From positions 160,001 through 224,000 of the forward strand of contig JAXMOL010000002.1 in NCBI GenBank assembly GCA_034669905.1: a stretch of 64,000 nt of DNA. Reading direction: 5' to 3'. Below the pieces are notes generated by a model. It ran no database searches. It saw only the letters and a list, made by a program, of their open reading frames with translations, and was not told the DNA's origin. Positions 29,598 to 41,065 of this stretch are shown piece after piece. This DNA is from Candidatus Hydrogenedentota bacterium (GTDB lineage Bacteria; Hydrogenedentota; Hydrogenedentia; Hydrogenedentales; JAEUWI01). Numbering within the stretch: position 1 is the first letter of the stretch; each line of letters starts with the position of its first letter. A program made the translations under genes and the position numbers.

Positions 29598-31496
29598 ATG
29601 GCAAGAACCATTGGAATCGACTTAGGAACCACCAACTCCTGTGTCGCCGTGATGGAAAACGGCGAACCCGTTGTCATCGCCAACCCCGAAGGCAACCGCA
29701 CCACCCCCTCCGTGGTCGCGTTCTCAAAGAATGGAGAGCGGCTGGTAGGGGCCTCCGCCCGTCGGCAGGCCGTCACCAACCCCGCCAACACCCTCTCCTC
29801 GGTAAAGCGTCTCATGGGCCTCAGCTATTCCGAGGCCGCCCACGAAATCGAGCGCATGCCTTATGCCGTGAAAGCGGCGAAAAGTGGGGACTGTGAAATC
29901 CAGGCCCAGGGGAAAGGCTACCGCCCCCCGGAAATCTCCGCCATCGTATTGCAGAAACTGAAAGAATCGGCGGAAAGCTTTCTGGGCGAAACCGTGGACA
30001 AAGCCGTCATCACGGTGCCGGCCTATTTCAACGATGCCCAGCGCCAGGCCACCAAGGATGCCGGTAAAATCGCCGGCCTGGAAGTACTCCGCATCATCAA
30101 CGAACCCACGGCCGCCGCCCTCGCCTATGGCCTGGATAAAAAGGGCGACGAAAAAATCGCCGTCTATGACCTCGGCGGCGGTACCTTCGATGTGTCCATC
30201 CTCTCCATCGACGACGCCTCCTTTGAGGTCCTCAGTACCAACGGCGACACCCACCTGGGCGGCGACGACTTCGACCAGGTCATCATTGATTGGCTCGCCG
30301 ATGGCTTCAAAAAAGAATTCAGCGTCGATCTGCGCCAGGACCCCATGGCCCTCCAGCGCCTGAAGGAGGCGGCGGAGAAAGCCAAGTGCGAGCTGTCCTC
30401 CACCACCCAGACCGACATCAATCTGCCCTTTATCACGGCCGATGCCTCCGGGCCCCGTCACCTCAATCAGACCCTGAGCCGGTCGAAATTCGAGCAGTTG
30501 GCTGCCGACCTCCTGGAACGGAGCAAGGCCCCCTGTTACCGCGCCCTGGAAGATGCGGGACTGCGTGCATCGGACATCGACGAGGTCATTCTCGTGGGTG
30601 GTATGACACGCATGCCGGCCGTCGCGGAATTGGTCACCAAGCTGTTCAACACCGAACCCCACCGGGGCGTGAACCCCGATGAGGTCGTCGCCCTCGGTGC
30701 GGCCATCCAGGCAGGTGTCTTGTCGGGCGAAGTGAACGACGTCCTGCTCCTCGACGTGACGCCCCTCTCCCTGGGTATCGAAACCCTCGGCGGGGTGTGC
30801 ACCAAACTCGTGGAGCGCAACACGACCATTCCGGTGTCGAAGAAGGAGATTTTCTCCACCGCTGCCGACAACCAATCGTCGGTTACGGTTCATGTGCTCC
30901 AGGGTGAACGCGAACTGTCGAAGGACAACCGCACCCTGGGACGCTTCAACCTCGAGGGCATTGCACCGGCTCCCCGGGGCATCCCCCAGATTGAAGTCGC
31001 CTTCGACATCGACGCCGATGGCATCGTCCACGTTTCAGCCAAAGACCTGGCCACCGGCAAGGCCCAGAAGATTCGTATCGAGGCTTCCTCGGGATTGTCC
31101 GAAGACGAGATCAACGAACGGGTCCGTGAAGCCGAGGCCCATGCCAAAGAAGACGCCGAGCGTCGGCACCAGGTTGAATTGAAAAACCAGGCCGACCACC
31201 TGCTCTACACCACAGAAAAAACCCTGGCGGAACAGGGTGATGAAATTCCGGAAACCATGCAGCAAAACGTGAAGGAGAAACTTATGGCCTTGAAAGAATC
31301 CCTGAACACGGAAAACGGATTGACCATCGAAGCCGCCATCAAGGCACTGAATGGTGCCCTGCAGGAAATGGGCACCCAGGCCTATGCCAAGGCCCCCGGT
31401 CAACCACCGCAAGACGGGCCGGAGACGCCCTATGCCACGGCAACGGTGAAGGATGACGACAGCGTGGATGCCGATTACACGGTCATCAACAACTAA
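29598..31496 (+). CDS. dnaK: Hsp70 chaperone DnaK
   Basis: [52 protein letters not shown]. Confidence 0.97.
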   Translation: MARTIGIDLGTTNSCVAVMENGEPVVIANPEGNRTTPSVVAFSKNGERLVGASARRQAVTNPANTLSSVKRLMGLSYSEAAHEIERMPYAVKAAKSGDCEIQAQGKGYRPPEISAIVLQKLKESAESFLGETVDKAVITVPAYFNDAQRQATKDAGKIAGLEVLRIINEPTAAALAYGLDKKGDEKIAVYDLGGGTFDVSILSIDDASFEVLSTNGDTHLGGDDFDQVIIDWLADGFKKEFSVDLRQDPMALQRLKEAAEKAKCELSSTTQTDINLPFITADASGPRHLNQTLSRSKFEQLAADLLERSKAPCYRALEDAGLRASDIDEVILVGGMTRMPAVAELVTKLFNTEPHRGVNPDEVVALGAAIQAGVLSGEVNDVLLLDVTPLSLGIETLGGVCTKLVERNTTIPVSKKEIFSTAADNQSSVTVHVLQGERELSKDNRTLGRFNLEGIAPAPRGIPQIEVAFDIDADGIVHVSAKDLATGKAQKIRIEASSGLSEDEINERVREAEAHAKEDAERRHQVELKNQADHLLYTTEKTLAEQGDEIPETMQQNVKEKLMALKESLNTENGLTIEAAIKALNGALQEMGTQAYAKAPGQPPQDGPETPYATATVKDDDSVDADYTVINN

Positions 31497-31525
31497 TCCG
31501 GTACGCCACCGGTTGCCATAGAGAA

Positions 31526-31554
31526 ACCGCCCCGGTCACCCCGACCGGGGCGGT
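31526..31554 (+). terminator. hairpin after dnaK
   Basis: ACCGCCCCGGTC/GACCGGGGCGGT 12-bp stem; weak U tail. Confidence 0.5.
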
Positions 31555-31684
31555 CCCTGTCTTGGCCGGACCGGAAAAACAGGCCTGTCCGAATAAGGGA
31601 CGCTTTCGCCCTGCCGAATCCTGTTTGCACGCTCCCTTCCGTTGCGCGTATGATCACCTCAGGCCAAAACGGTAGAAAGCAGTT

Positions 31685-32140
31685 ATGATTCGTAGTTATG
31701 AGAGCGACGACTTAGAAGACCTTCTGGACACGTGGTATGCGGCGTCGCAGATTGCCCACCCCTTCCTCACCGAAGACTTCTTCGATTTGGAGCGCCACAA
31801 CATCCCCACCATCTACCTCCCCATGGCCGACACCTTCGTCTATGTGAAGGACGACCATGTCGTGGGCTTTATTGCCGTCATCGGCAACGAAGTGGGGGCC
31901 ATCTTCGTGCACCCCGAACACCACGGTCAGGGCATCGGCCGCGCCCTCATGGACCACGCCCGCAATCTCCGCGGCAATCTCGAAGTGGAAGTCTTTAAGG
32001 CCAACCGCATCGGTCGCGACTTCTACCGCCGCTACGGCTTCGCCTTCATGGAAGAACACATCCACGAAGAAACCGGCGAACCCCTCCTGCGTCTCGTCTA
32101 CGACACCAACCAGGCCCGCCGCTCCGAAGGCACCGTTTAA
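31685..32140 (+). CDS. GNAT acetyltransferase (YjaB/YiaC-like)
   Basis: IAHPFL, IFVHPEHHGQGIGRALM, N...FYRRYGF. Confidence 0.9.
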   Translation: MIRSYESDDLEDLLDTWYAASQIAHPFLTEDFFDLERHNIPTIYLPMADTFVYVKDDHVVGFIAVIGNEVGAIFVHPEHHGQGIGRALMDHARNLRGNLEVEVFKANRIGRDFYRRYGFAFMEEHIHEETGEPLLRLVYDTNQARRSEGTV

Positions 32141-32221
32141 CGCAGGCGCCCATCGGGAGCCACCAGCCACCAGGCTTGGGAACGTGGTCGGCGCACCTGC
32201 GGGACGTCGATGACGTCAACA

Positions 32222-34273
32222 TTACGTGCCCTCGTGATGCCTGTTCAACGCTGCCCTGACTGCGCCCAGGAGTGTACTGAGTCGGAAGGGTTTCTTGATA
32301 TAGGCCAACGCACCGGCATCAAGCATCGCCTGGGATTCGCTATCAAGGGCATAGCCACTGCATAAGATTATGCCCGTGTCTGGCCGCGCTTCCATGAGCA
32401 GGGGAAATGCCTCGGGACCGCCGAGCACAGGCATACGCATATCGAGAATGATGAGGTGTATGTCACCCTCAAAATCCCGGGCGATGGCCACCCCCTCTTC
32501 ACCGTTGCGCGCCTTGAGAACCGTGTACCCATTGATCTGAAGGATGGTTTCGGTGATTTCGATAATCCTCTCTTCATCGTCAATAAGGAGAATCGTTTCG
32601 CTTCCATCGAGATTCTGGTTGCCCGGATCGGTCGAATGGGGCATCTCGCGGGTGGTCGCGGGGAGGTATACGCGGAACGTCGCGCCTTCGCCCGGCTTAC
32701 TGTCCACATAAATCCCCCCCTCGTGACTCTTTACGATGCCGTATGCGGCAGCAAGTCCGAGCCCCCGACTACGCCCCATCAAGCGTGACGTGAAGAACGG
32801 TTCAAAAACACTGGCACAGGTTTGCTCATCCATGCCGCGCCCCGTGTCTTTCACCGTAAACAGCACATGAGCTCCTGCCCGAAGATCGGGGAGCCCAGGG
32901 CACTCTTCTTCCGACACCGTTACGTTGGAGGTGGAAAGCAGGATGTGACCCGTTTCGCCCATGGAGTCGACGGCATTCTTGAGAAGGTTAATGACCACCT
33001 GCTCGATTTGAGACGGGTCGGCAAATACGTTTTTTATGGTGGAATCAAAATGACATTCTACGTGGATCTCAGGCGGGATACTGACCTCTTCTTTTCTCAG
33101 GGCCGCACGAATCGTTTCGTTCAGATGGATAACGGTGGGTGCGTATTTCCCACCGCGTGCATAGGCCAACATTTGTGACGACAATTCGTCGGCCTTCACG
33201 GCGGCCGCTTCAATGTGCTTCAGCCGCCGGGTGGCCGTATGCTCGTCTGGCAACTCCAACAGGGCCAGTGAGGCATTCCCGAGGACAACCGCCATGAGAT
33301 TGTTAAAATCGTGGGCGATCCCTCCCGCCAAGGTGGCCGTAGCCTCCATTCGGGCAGCCGCACGCACCGCCTCTTCCGCACGCCTTCTGGCGGTAATATC
33401 CCGGGTAACCCCAACAATGGAAAAGTCCTTCCCGTCTTCACTCGGAATAAAGGATACCCGGTGTTCACTGGTAATCGGACTGCCGTCCGCACGGAAGTCT
33501 TCCCGAATTATCGTTTGCGAAGGGGGGATGTCTGGAAAACACGATCGACCATGCTCAACGATGTCCAGTATGGCCTGATGCAGCGTGGACTCGTTGGGGT
33601 CACCGGCAACGAGTTCTCCCCACTTCTCCTTCACTTCACCGGGCGAAAGACCGAGGAGGTCAACGATGGCGGGGTTGACGTACACCAGGTTCAAATCGGT
33701 ATCAATTGACCAGATGACATCCGAGACGTTCTCCGTGACCGATCGAAAACGGGTTTCACTATCCCGCAGTGCCGCGTAGAGATCTTTCTGTTTCGCAAGG
33801 CTCTCGTTGAGAGAAGCTGTCTTCTCCGCCAATTCAGAACGTGAACGCGAAATTTCAAGAATAATAAAATAGCAGGCATAGAGGAGGGTGAGCACGCCGA
33901 AAACGATAATGCCGGTGTCAACCTTCGCCGAGTGAACTACACCGTGGTTACCGTAAAAGGGATGAGAGGCAATCCCGGGAAGGTCCTCCACCAAATTCAT
34001 CATCAGGCCGATCAGGATTAACAGACTCCCCAACCGCACCGCCGGGGTCACCCGGGGAATATACGAGACGTTGCGCGCAAGATACCACGTGCCCAAGAAA
34101 AGCACCCACCCCAGCACAGCCCCGAAGGAATCACGCAGCAGCTTGGCGTCCCCGAATGTCTTGTCGATACAAAGGACAATGACCAGCACACCTGCCGACA
34201 CAAATGCCATGGCGCGCACAACACGTTGGACGTTTCGGATATCCGACGTCGAAGATGCCGTATCGTTTGACAT
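32222..34273 (-). CDS. membrane PAS hybrid sensor histidine kinase/response regulator
   Basis: TMs, PAS, AGGIAHDFNN H-box, NLLKNA, DTGRGM, FEPFF, GLGL, receiver LDMRMP..KPF. Confidence 0.93.
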   Translation of the reverse strand: MSNDTASSTSDIRNVQRVVRAMAFVSAGVLVIVLCIDKTFGDAKLLRDSFGAVLGWVLFLGTWYLARNVSYIPRVTPAVRLGSLLILIGLMMNLVEDLPGIASHPFYGNHGVVHSAKVDTGIIVFGVLTLLYACYFIILEISRSRSELAEKTASLNESLAKQKDLYAALRDSETRFRSVTENVSDVIWSIDTDLNLVYVNPAIVDLLGLSPGEVKEKWGELVAGDPNESTLHQAILDIVEHGRSCFPDIPPSQTIIREDFRADGSPITSEHRVSFIPSEDGKDFSIVGVTRDITARRRAEEAVRAAARMEATATLAGGIAHDFNNLMAVVLGNASLALLELPDEHTATRRLKHIEAAAVKADELSSQMLAYARGGKYAPTVIHLNETIRAALRKEEVSIPPEIHVECHFDSTIKNVFADPSQIEQVVINLLKNAVDSMGETGHILLSTSNVTVSEEECPGLPDLRAGAHVLFTVKDTGRGMDEQTCASVFEPFFTSRLMGRSRGLGLAAAYGIVKSHEGGIYVDSKPGEGATFRVYLPATTREMPHSTDPGNQNLDGSETILLIDDEERIIEITETILQINGYTVLKARNGEEGVAIARDFEGDIHLIILDMRMPVLGGPEAFPLLMEARPDTGIILCSGYALDSESQAMLDAGALAYIKKPFRLSTLLGAVRAALNRHHEGT

Positions 34274-34558
34274 GGGCTCTAGTCCCCTTGAATCGCCCCA
34301 GGAGCAACAATTCGGAGCATCAAGTCACGAACCGGACGCCCCCAGCTAGCTATAAGTCTAAACGATTACACTCGGATAGCACAATAGAATGCATCCGACT
34401 GAATTCGTTGATAAACGAGGGATCGGACATCGCCCATTCATCCCCCACCCGACACCGATTCTGGATCGGCCCGCATCTCGTCATAAAACATTTTATGGCG
34501 CGCTTTTCTGCCACCCAGTCCGCTAAGTCCTCGTACGCTCAGTCGGTTAGTTTTCCCG

Positions 34559-35062
34559 TCACTTTCCCTGAACCGTCGAAACATGGGATGCAAGCTTGTT
34601 TAATGTCTGGGCGCCGTATTCAACGGCACCAAAACGGATAACGGTGTCGCGACGTTCTCTCGTCGGATGCATTTGCCGCAACGTAACGACCGTCTTGCCA
34701 TTATCTTGTTCATCGAAGGTAACCAGCATCCGAAAGCTATCCGGGTCGTTCTCAACGTCTGCGCCGTGATGGACTTCGAGCAATCTCGGCGACTCGATTC
34801 GTAGAAACGCCATGCGATTGGAGTAAGCGGTACCGTCTGGCGCTATCATATCAAAGCGCCACACACCACCGACGCGCAGGTCGGCTTCATGTGATTCGAT
34901 ACGAAACCCATCCGGTCCAAACCACAGCACCAACTCCGATGGATCACGCCATGCCCGAAATGTCCTGTCGCGGTCTGCGTCAACAACACGGGCAATAACG
35001 ATTTCTCTTTCCAGGGGAAATGACGCCCATTCTGAGGCACTGTTTTTGGCTTGTTCAACCAT
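34559..35062 (-). CDS. SRPBCC/AHSA1 family protein
   Basis: REIVIARV, W.DP..L..WFGPDGF, DLRVGGVWRF; GGAGA RBS. Confidence 0.88.
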   Translation of the reverse strand: MVEQAKNSASEWASFPLEREIVIARVVDADRDRTFRAWRDPSELVLWFGPDGFRIESHEADLRVGGVWRFDMIAPDGTAYSNRMAFLRIESPRLLEVHHGADVENDPDSFRMLVTFDEQDNGKTVVTLRQMHPTRERRDTVIRFGAVEYGAQTLNKLASHVSTVQGK

Positions 35063-35242
35063 CCGATTTCTCCAGACCTGCATTGAAAAACCACGGAACA
35101 CTACATAGCACAGACCGCACCGGCGTCGCCCATGGTAAAACCAGACGCGACTTCCGAGATCGGCGCGGCGTTTGCCCCGTTGCTTTCAAGCGCATCTACA
35201 ACAGGTATCCGCCCCCCGACAAGGGCAGGTTAAACGGGCACG

Positions 35243-36982
35243 CTAATATCCAAGGGACGCGCCATCCTTACGCGCGTCAGATCCGCCGAAGTAGCGAAGC
35301 GGGTCGTCCTCACGCCAGATGGCCTGGTAGCCGCCATGTGCACTGTTTCCCGCGCGCACGCGGTGTCCCATCTCGGCGAGCTTCAGACGCACTTCATCGC
35401 TAATGCCATGTTCAAATACCAACTCGCCACCATCTTCCATGCGCGAACCCCGGGGCCGCGAGCTACCGCTGTGCCCCAGGCGGGGTTGGTCGGTTGCCTG
35501 TTGGGGCGACAGACCGAAATCAATCATATTCATCACGACCTGCGCGTGGCCCTGCGGCTGGAAGTCGCCGCCCATCACGCCGAACGCCATCACGGGTTTC
35601 CCGTCACGGGTCATGAAGGCCGGGATAATGGTGTGGAACGGTCGCTTGTGCGGTTCCAGTTTATTGCGATGGCTCGGATCGAGCGAGAACGCCTCGCCCC
35701 GGTTCTGCATGACAAAGCCCACCCCGTCGGGACAGATCCTCGAACCAAAGCCGGCGTAGTTACTCTGAATAAACGAAATCATATTGCCTCCGTCGTCCGC
35801 TGCGGAGAGGTAAACCGTGTCGCTGTCCAATTCGGGGTCCCCGTAGGAAACGTCGGTGCTCGCGCGACCGGGGTCGATTAGGGCGGCGCGCTTCTTCGCG
35901 TATTCCTTCGCGAGCAGCGCATCGATGGGCACGTCCGCAAAGGCGGGATCCGCGTAGTACATCGCGCGATCCTCAAAGGCCAGTTTTTTCGCCTCGGCGA
36001 AGAGGTGTAAGTGCTGCGCCGAGTTGGGTGCCAGGCTGCCGATATCAAATTGCTCGAGGATGTTCAGTATCTGTAAGGCCGCGATGCCCTGGCCGTTCGG
36101 CGGGATTTCCCACACATCCCAGCCACGGTAGTTGCTGCTCACCGGCTCAACCCAGTCGGCGCGGTGGTCGGCCAGATCCTTCATCGCCATGAAGCCATCC
36201 ATTTCTTTCGATTTCGCGACAATGGCCTCGGCTATCCAGCCCTCGTAAAATGCGGCGGGGCCCTCCGCGGCGATGGATGCATAGGATTTCGCGAGCATGG
36301 GATTCTGGAATATTTCGCCGTAGGTCGGCACACGTCCCCCCGGGTGATACACGGGGGCCAGGTAGGGCGCGTCTTCGCTCTTCCAGGAGTCGAATTGCTC
36401 CGTGATGATGGGCGAGATCGGGAAACCCTCCCGGGCCGTGGCGATGGAACCTTCGAGGCACTGTGCCAGCGAGAGCTTTCCAAAGCGCTCGCTCAAAAGA
36501 CCCCATCCACTCACGCAGCCCGGTACGCTCCAGGAAAGGGGCGATCGCCCCGGGATGGACGTGAGACCGAGCTTGCTCGCTTCGTCCAGGTTCCACGCGT
36601 AGGGTGCACGACCGCTCGCATTGAGCCCATAAAGGCGCTGCTCCTTTTCCACCCAGAGGATGGCAAAGAGGTCACCGCCGATTCCATTGCTCGCCGGTTC
36701 CGTCAAACCCAACATGGCGTTGGTCGCGATAGCCGCGTCCACACAATTACCGCCTGCCTTTAAAATATCGATTCCCGCCATGGCGGCGAGCGGTTGGCTG
36801 GCACAAACCATACCATGCCGTGCGACCACGGTCGATCGGTTCCGGTTACGTGCGTCCAGACGCGACATATCGATACGTGGGCCAAGGCGACTGGCCAGGT
36901 CTTCTGCCCCGGCCGATTCCGCCGTGACCATGGCCGTTGTGGAGGCGGCTGCGAGGGAGCGTAGGAACATGCGACGATTCAT
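35243..36982 (-). CDS. ggt: gamma-glutamyltransferase with Tat signal
   Basis: MNRRMFLR twin-arginine signal; GGNCVDAAIA, GIGGDLF, PPNGQG, DTVYLS nucleophile Thr, KRPFHTIIP, GVMGG. Confidence 0.93.
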   Translation of the reverse strand: MNRRMFLRSLAAASTTAMVTAESAGAEDLASRLGPRIDMSRLDARNRNRSTVVARHGMVCASQPLAAMAGIDILKAGGNCVDAAIATNAMLGLTEPASNGIGGDLFAILWVEKEQRLYGLNASGRAPYAWNLDEASKLGLTSIPGRSPLSWSVPGCVSGWGLLSERFGKLSLAQCLEGSIATAREGFPISPIITEQFDSWKSEDAPYLAPVYHPGGRVPTYGEIFQNPMLAKSYASIAAEGPAAFYEGWIAEAIVAKSKEMDGFMAMKDLADHRADWVEPVSSNYRGWDVWEIPPNGQGIAALQILNILEQFDIGSLAPNSAQHLHLFAEAKKLAFEDRAMYYADPAFADVPIDALLAKEYAKKRAALIDPGRASTDVSYGDPELDSDTVYLSAADDGGNMISFIQSNYAGFGSRICPDGVGFVMQNRGEAFSLDPSHRNKLEPHKRPFHTIIPAFMTRDGKPVMAFGVMGGDFQPQGHAQVVMNMIDFGLSPQQATDQPRLGHSGSSRPRGSRMEDGGELVFEHGISDEVRLKLAEMGHRVRAGNSAHGGYQAIWREDDPLRYFGGSDARKDGASLGY

Positions 36983-37148
36983 ATCGAAATCTCCTGGTAG
37001 CAACCCACCCTTTCCAATCAGACGTGTTCGCACCCAAGGGGAGCAGGTTTTCCTCCATACTAGAGATGACCGTTCCCCGTTGCAATAAAGCATTCTCCTT
37101 GCTGAACCGCGCTGACCGTGCCCTGCCGCGGATACGGCACAGGGACTA

Positions 37149-37616
37149 CAGGAACGTTCTGCCGCAGGCGGTCCAGGAAACGGAACACTCCCCGCAATTC
37201 CTCCAAGAGCTCCGGCAGCACCAAAGAAAACCCCAAGGCGGCTGCATGTCCCGGTGGGCCATGAAAAAGAGACGACGCTTCGAGAGCAGCACACTACCCA
37301 TCCAAATGACGACAATTGGGCTGACCACACGCCTTCCGTCCCTCGCTACAACATGTCATGATGGGCCGGACTTTCAGCCCTTGTTGTAACCAACCTTGAT
37401 TTCCTGGGGCTTCACCCCAGGCTGGTATGTCTCGCACCTTTGGCGCTATGGAAGTAGACCGGGTCGCATCGCGGAGAACGTTTGCAGGGCCAACGGCCCG
37501 GTAACATATCAGCATGGGGCAACGCCCCATGTTTTCGGGACCTACAGCTTCACAAAGGGCTGAAAGCCCGCTCCATCGCCCTCCGACGACACACCGAAAT
37601 GAGGTGGCGATACGGT
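37149..37616. repeat. composite repeat unit B (contains REPIN-like copy 37361-37616)
   Basis: Near-duplicate of 37834-38392. Confidence 0.85.
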
Positions 37617-37833
37617 ATACTTGGGCCATGGCAGAGGGATGGCGCTTCGAGAGCAACCCTCTTGCGTAACTACAGGGTGAGCAAGCCTACTGCCACCGGG
37701 ACGGGAACGCGCGTCCGGGCGGCAGGCGCCACCGCCAAGTTTCCCGTGCTGGCTCCACATCGCTTGGGGTTACCTTAAGCGCCCCTGCGCGATACCGTCC
37801 CTATGGAGCGCCGAACCCTTTCACCCACGACGG

Positions 37834-38392
37834 CAGGGACGTTCTGCCGCAGGCGGGCCAGGAAATGGGACTCTCCCTGCAATCCATTCAAGAGACCCGG
37901 CGGCACCAAAGAGAGCCCCAACGCGGCTGCATGTCCCGGTGGGCTAAGGGAAAGCGGCGTACTATCCCATACACCACGTGGGCGGGCCTTCCGTCCCTAT
38001 GGAGCGTCCTCGGCCCGACGGCACCGGTGCCAAAGGCACCGAATCGCATCGAATGGTCCTGCACATTTCAACCCCATCCAAATGACGACAATGGGCTGGC
38101 CACACGCCTTCCGTCCCTTGCTACAACATGACATGATGGGCCGGACTTTCAGCCCTTGTTGTAACCAACCTTGATTTCCTGGGGCTTCACCCCAGGCTGG
38201 TATGGCTCGCACCTTTGCCGCTATGGAAGTAGACCGGGTTGCATCGCGGAGAACGTTCGCAGGGCCAACGGCCCAGTATCATATCAGCATGGGGCAACGC
38301 CCCATGTTTTCGGGACCTACTGCTTCTTAAAGGGCTGAAAGCCCGCGCCAACGCCCTCCGACGACACACCGAAATGAGGTGGCGATGGCGGT
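37834..38392. repeat. composite repeat unit C (contains REPIN-like copy 38136-38392)
   Basis: Near-duplicate of unit B with a different internal spacer. Confidence 0.85.
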
Positions 38393-38826
38393 ATTCCCGA
38401 CGGTGAATTGGCTGGCCCCACGCCTTCCGTTACTCTCCATCCCGCCCCGCGACGACGCAGTTTCGGTTGACTTCCGAATTAAGACGCCATTCAGGAGTGG
38501 ACTTGCACCACTCTGGCGGGGTACGCGCAAAGGCGTACGAGCGCCGTCGGCCCGACGGCACCGGTGCCAAAGGCCCGCGTCTCGTGGCGTTGAATTCCGT
38601 CCACCTCCCCCTGCCATGCCATCGCCAGTTTTTCTATTCGAAGCGTGTCCCATAATTTCACATAGCCCGACTACCGGTTGAATCCTACCCACAACTCTGC
38701 TCTAATTGCATTAGAATTTATTTCCTGCGTAAGCAGGAGGGTCCGCGCATTTTCCGACTCATCTATCTCATTCCAAGATAATCGATGTGTATGGAGCATT
38801 GAACCACTACTCATAGGATGTGAGCC

Positions 38827-39699
38827 ATGAATGTCTTGCAGCGAAACTGTAGTATTGGGCAAATTTACACCTTCCTGGTGTGCTTTCTGGTAACTCTCCC
38901 CGTTTGGCAGGCGCATGGGCAAGGGGCTGAAGTTCGCCCTGCCGATTCAAGCCCAACATATGCCGAGGCCCACATCCGAGGGCACGACGAAACCCGTGGA
39001 ACAGCCATATTGAGTGCCACCCTGTTTCTATTGGTCGTGGACCAAGTGACTGGATTGCCAATTCCAGCAGTCGAGGCGGTACTCCTGTCAAATTCAGATG
39101 AGGAAATAGAATTTGTAGGGCAGGAGGAGGGGGGCTACATCACCTTTGTGGCGATTCCCTACGACGACTATACGTTAATGCTCAATGCAGAGGAGTACGA
39201 TCCACTCACGGTGCAAATCGAAATCGAAGTCGGCACCCTAATACGGGAAGAGGTGCGTCGGGTCCTGCCAATGATGCCAAAGAGTGGTGGGCCCGGACCC
39301 GGAATGCAGCTCTACATAACGATTCTTGATGAGATCACCGGAGTGCCGCTAACCAATCCTGAAATCCGTATAACCCCGCCGGTCAGTGCCATTCCTATCG
39401 AGGTGAAAGTGGGAGTCTACGCATACCTCGGAGTGGACATTCAGGAATATGACATCATGGTGAGTGCCGCTGGTTATGATGACAAATTATTTCGGCTGAC
39501 AAATCCAAATTTGTTCGCAGACGTGGTAATAGAATTGACACCCGCCAACGTGTTGACTAGCTTGAACTGCAACGGCAGCAAGACACTTGTTCTCGGAAAC
39601 CTTCACAATGCCTTTGCTGACCTATTTGTTCTTGGATTGTCCCTCGTATCGCTTACCGCTATCGGCCGCGTGGGCGATTCGTCAAAGCCGCATCCCTGA
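38827..39699 (+). CDS. exported protein with two carboxypeptidase-regulatory-like beta domains and C-terminal anchor
   Basis: Signal peptide; VVDQVTGLPI..YTLMLNAEEY and ILDEITGVPL..YDIMVSAAGY repeats; C-terminal Cys followed by TM. Confidence 0.65.
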   Translation: MNVLQRNCSIGQIYTFLVCFLVTLPVWQAHGQGAEVRPADSSPTYAEAHIRGHDETRGTAILSATLFLLVVDQVTGLPIPAVEAVLLSNSDEEIEFVGQEEGGYITFVAIPYDDYTLMLNAEEYDPLTVQIEIEVGTLIREEVRRVLPMMPKSGGPGPGMQLYITILDEITGVPLTNPEIRITPPVSAIPIEVKVGVYAYLGVDIQEYDIMVSAAGYDDKLFRLTNPNLFADVVIELTPANVLTSLNCNGSKTLVLGNLHNAFADLFVLGLSLVSLTAIGRVGDSSKPHP

Positions 39700-39719
39700 G
39701 AAAGGCTTATACGAGAACG

Positions 39720-39765
39720 GCCACACGCCTTCCGACCCTCGCCACAACATGACATGACAGGCCGG
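39720..39765. repeat. partial copy of the CCACACGCCTTCCG..ACAACATGACATG module
   Basis: Matches 37325-37369 and 38099-38144. Confidence 0.7.
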
Positions 39766-39834
39766 AGGCCTATCCCACGATGGGCCGTTCTTCTTTGCAA
39801 GGTCTGGCCCGAAACCGCAGGCCGAGACCGCCCC

Positions 39835-40941
39835 TTAGTTCGCGCGGGCCTTATCCATCAGGTCGGTGAAGCGCTTGAAGAGATAGCGGCTGTCATGGGG
39901 GCCGGGCGATGATTCGGGGTGATACTGGACGCTGAATATGGGCTTGGTCTTGTGGGCCATCCCCGAGCAGGTCTGGTCGTTGAGGTGGGTGTGGGTCACG
40001 GTGAGCTGGCTGGCGTCCAAGGATTCGGGATCAACCGCGAAACCGTGGTTTTGTGCGGTGATTTCCACCTGGCCGCTTTCATGGAACTGGACCGGCTGGT
40101 TGCCGCCCCGGTGTCCAAACTTCAGTTTGTAGGTCGAGCCGCCGAGCGCATGGGCCAGAATCTGGTGGCCCAGGCAAATGCCGAAAAGGGGCTTGCCACT
40201 CTCAATCAGCGCTTCCACCGTGGGGTAGATATAGGGCAGGGCCGAGGGGTCGCCGGGGCCATTGGACAGGAAGACCCCGTCAGGATTGTGGCTGAGCACG
40301 TCTTCTGCCGAGGCCGTCGCCGGGAGCACGGTCACCTTGCAGCCTGCGGAGTCGAGCAGACGCAGGATGTTTTCCTTCATCCCGAAATCGAGGGCCACCA
40401 CGTTGTACGCACCCGAACCCGAGCCCGCATACTCATAGGCCGCATCGATAGTAACCTCTTTCACAAAGTCCGAACCCGCCATATCCGGCGCATCCTGGGC
40501 CTTCTTCACGAGGACGGCGTGGTCGCTTTCCACCGTGCTGATGACACACTTGAGGGCACCCTTCACGCGGAGAATCTTCGTAATGGTCCGCGTATCCACC
40601 TCGTCGATGGCCACAATGTTGTTGGCCTTGAGGTAATCGGGGAGGCTCTGGGTCGAGCGCTGATTGCTCGGCTCGAAGCAGCACTCCCGCATGACGAATC
40701 CGCGCACGAAGGGCTGGCGGGATTCGATATCGTCTTCGTTGACGCCGTAATTGCCGATATGGGGGTAGGTCATGGTAACGACCTGGCCGGCGTAGGAGGG
40801 GTCGGTCAGGATTTCCTGATAGCCCGTCATGCTGGTATTGAATACCAGTTCTCCCGTGGCTTCACCTTCCGCACCAACGGCGCGGCCTTCAAATACGGTA
40901 CCATCTTCCAGGGCTAGCAAGGCTTTCACGACAGACTCCAC
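39835..40941 (-). CDS. carA: carbamoyl-phosphate synthase small subunit
   Basis: GELVFNTSMTGYQE, LSNGPGDP, GICLGHQ, FGHRGGN, QYHPE. Confidence 0.97.
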   Translation of the reverse strand: MESVVKALLALEDGTVFEGRAVGAEGEATGELVFNTSMTGYQEILTDPSYAGQVVTMTYPHIGNYGVNEDDIESRQPFVRGFVMRECCFEPSNQRSTQSLPDYLKANNIVAIDEVDTRTITKILRVKGALKCVISTVESDHAVLVKKAQDAPDMAGSDFVKEVTIDAAYEYAGSGSGAYNVVALDFGMKENILRLLDSAGCKVTVLPATASAEDVLSHNPDGVFLSNGPGDPSALPYIYPTVEALIESGKPLFGICLGHQILAHALGGSTYKLKFGHRGGNQPVQFHESGQVEITAQNHGFAVDPESLDASQLTVTHTHLNDQTCSGMAHKTKPIFSVQYHPESSPGPHDSRYLFKRFTDLMDKARAN

Positions 40942-41065
40942 TCGGGGTTTATTTGCGACAAAAATCGGGCTAGTATAGCAAATATTCGCGGGTGAAATCC
41001 CGCTTTACCTGTTTGGGCGGTGGGCCAAACCGGAACAGGGCCCTTCCCGCCACCCCTTCACGGGG

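Noticed and set aside
37130..38700. Possible CRISPR array or IS element
   Set aside because: No regular repeat-spacer periodicity, no cas or transposase ORF; repeats are long nested palindromes
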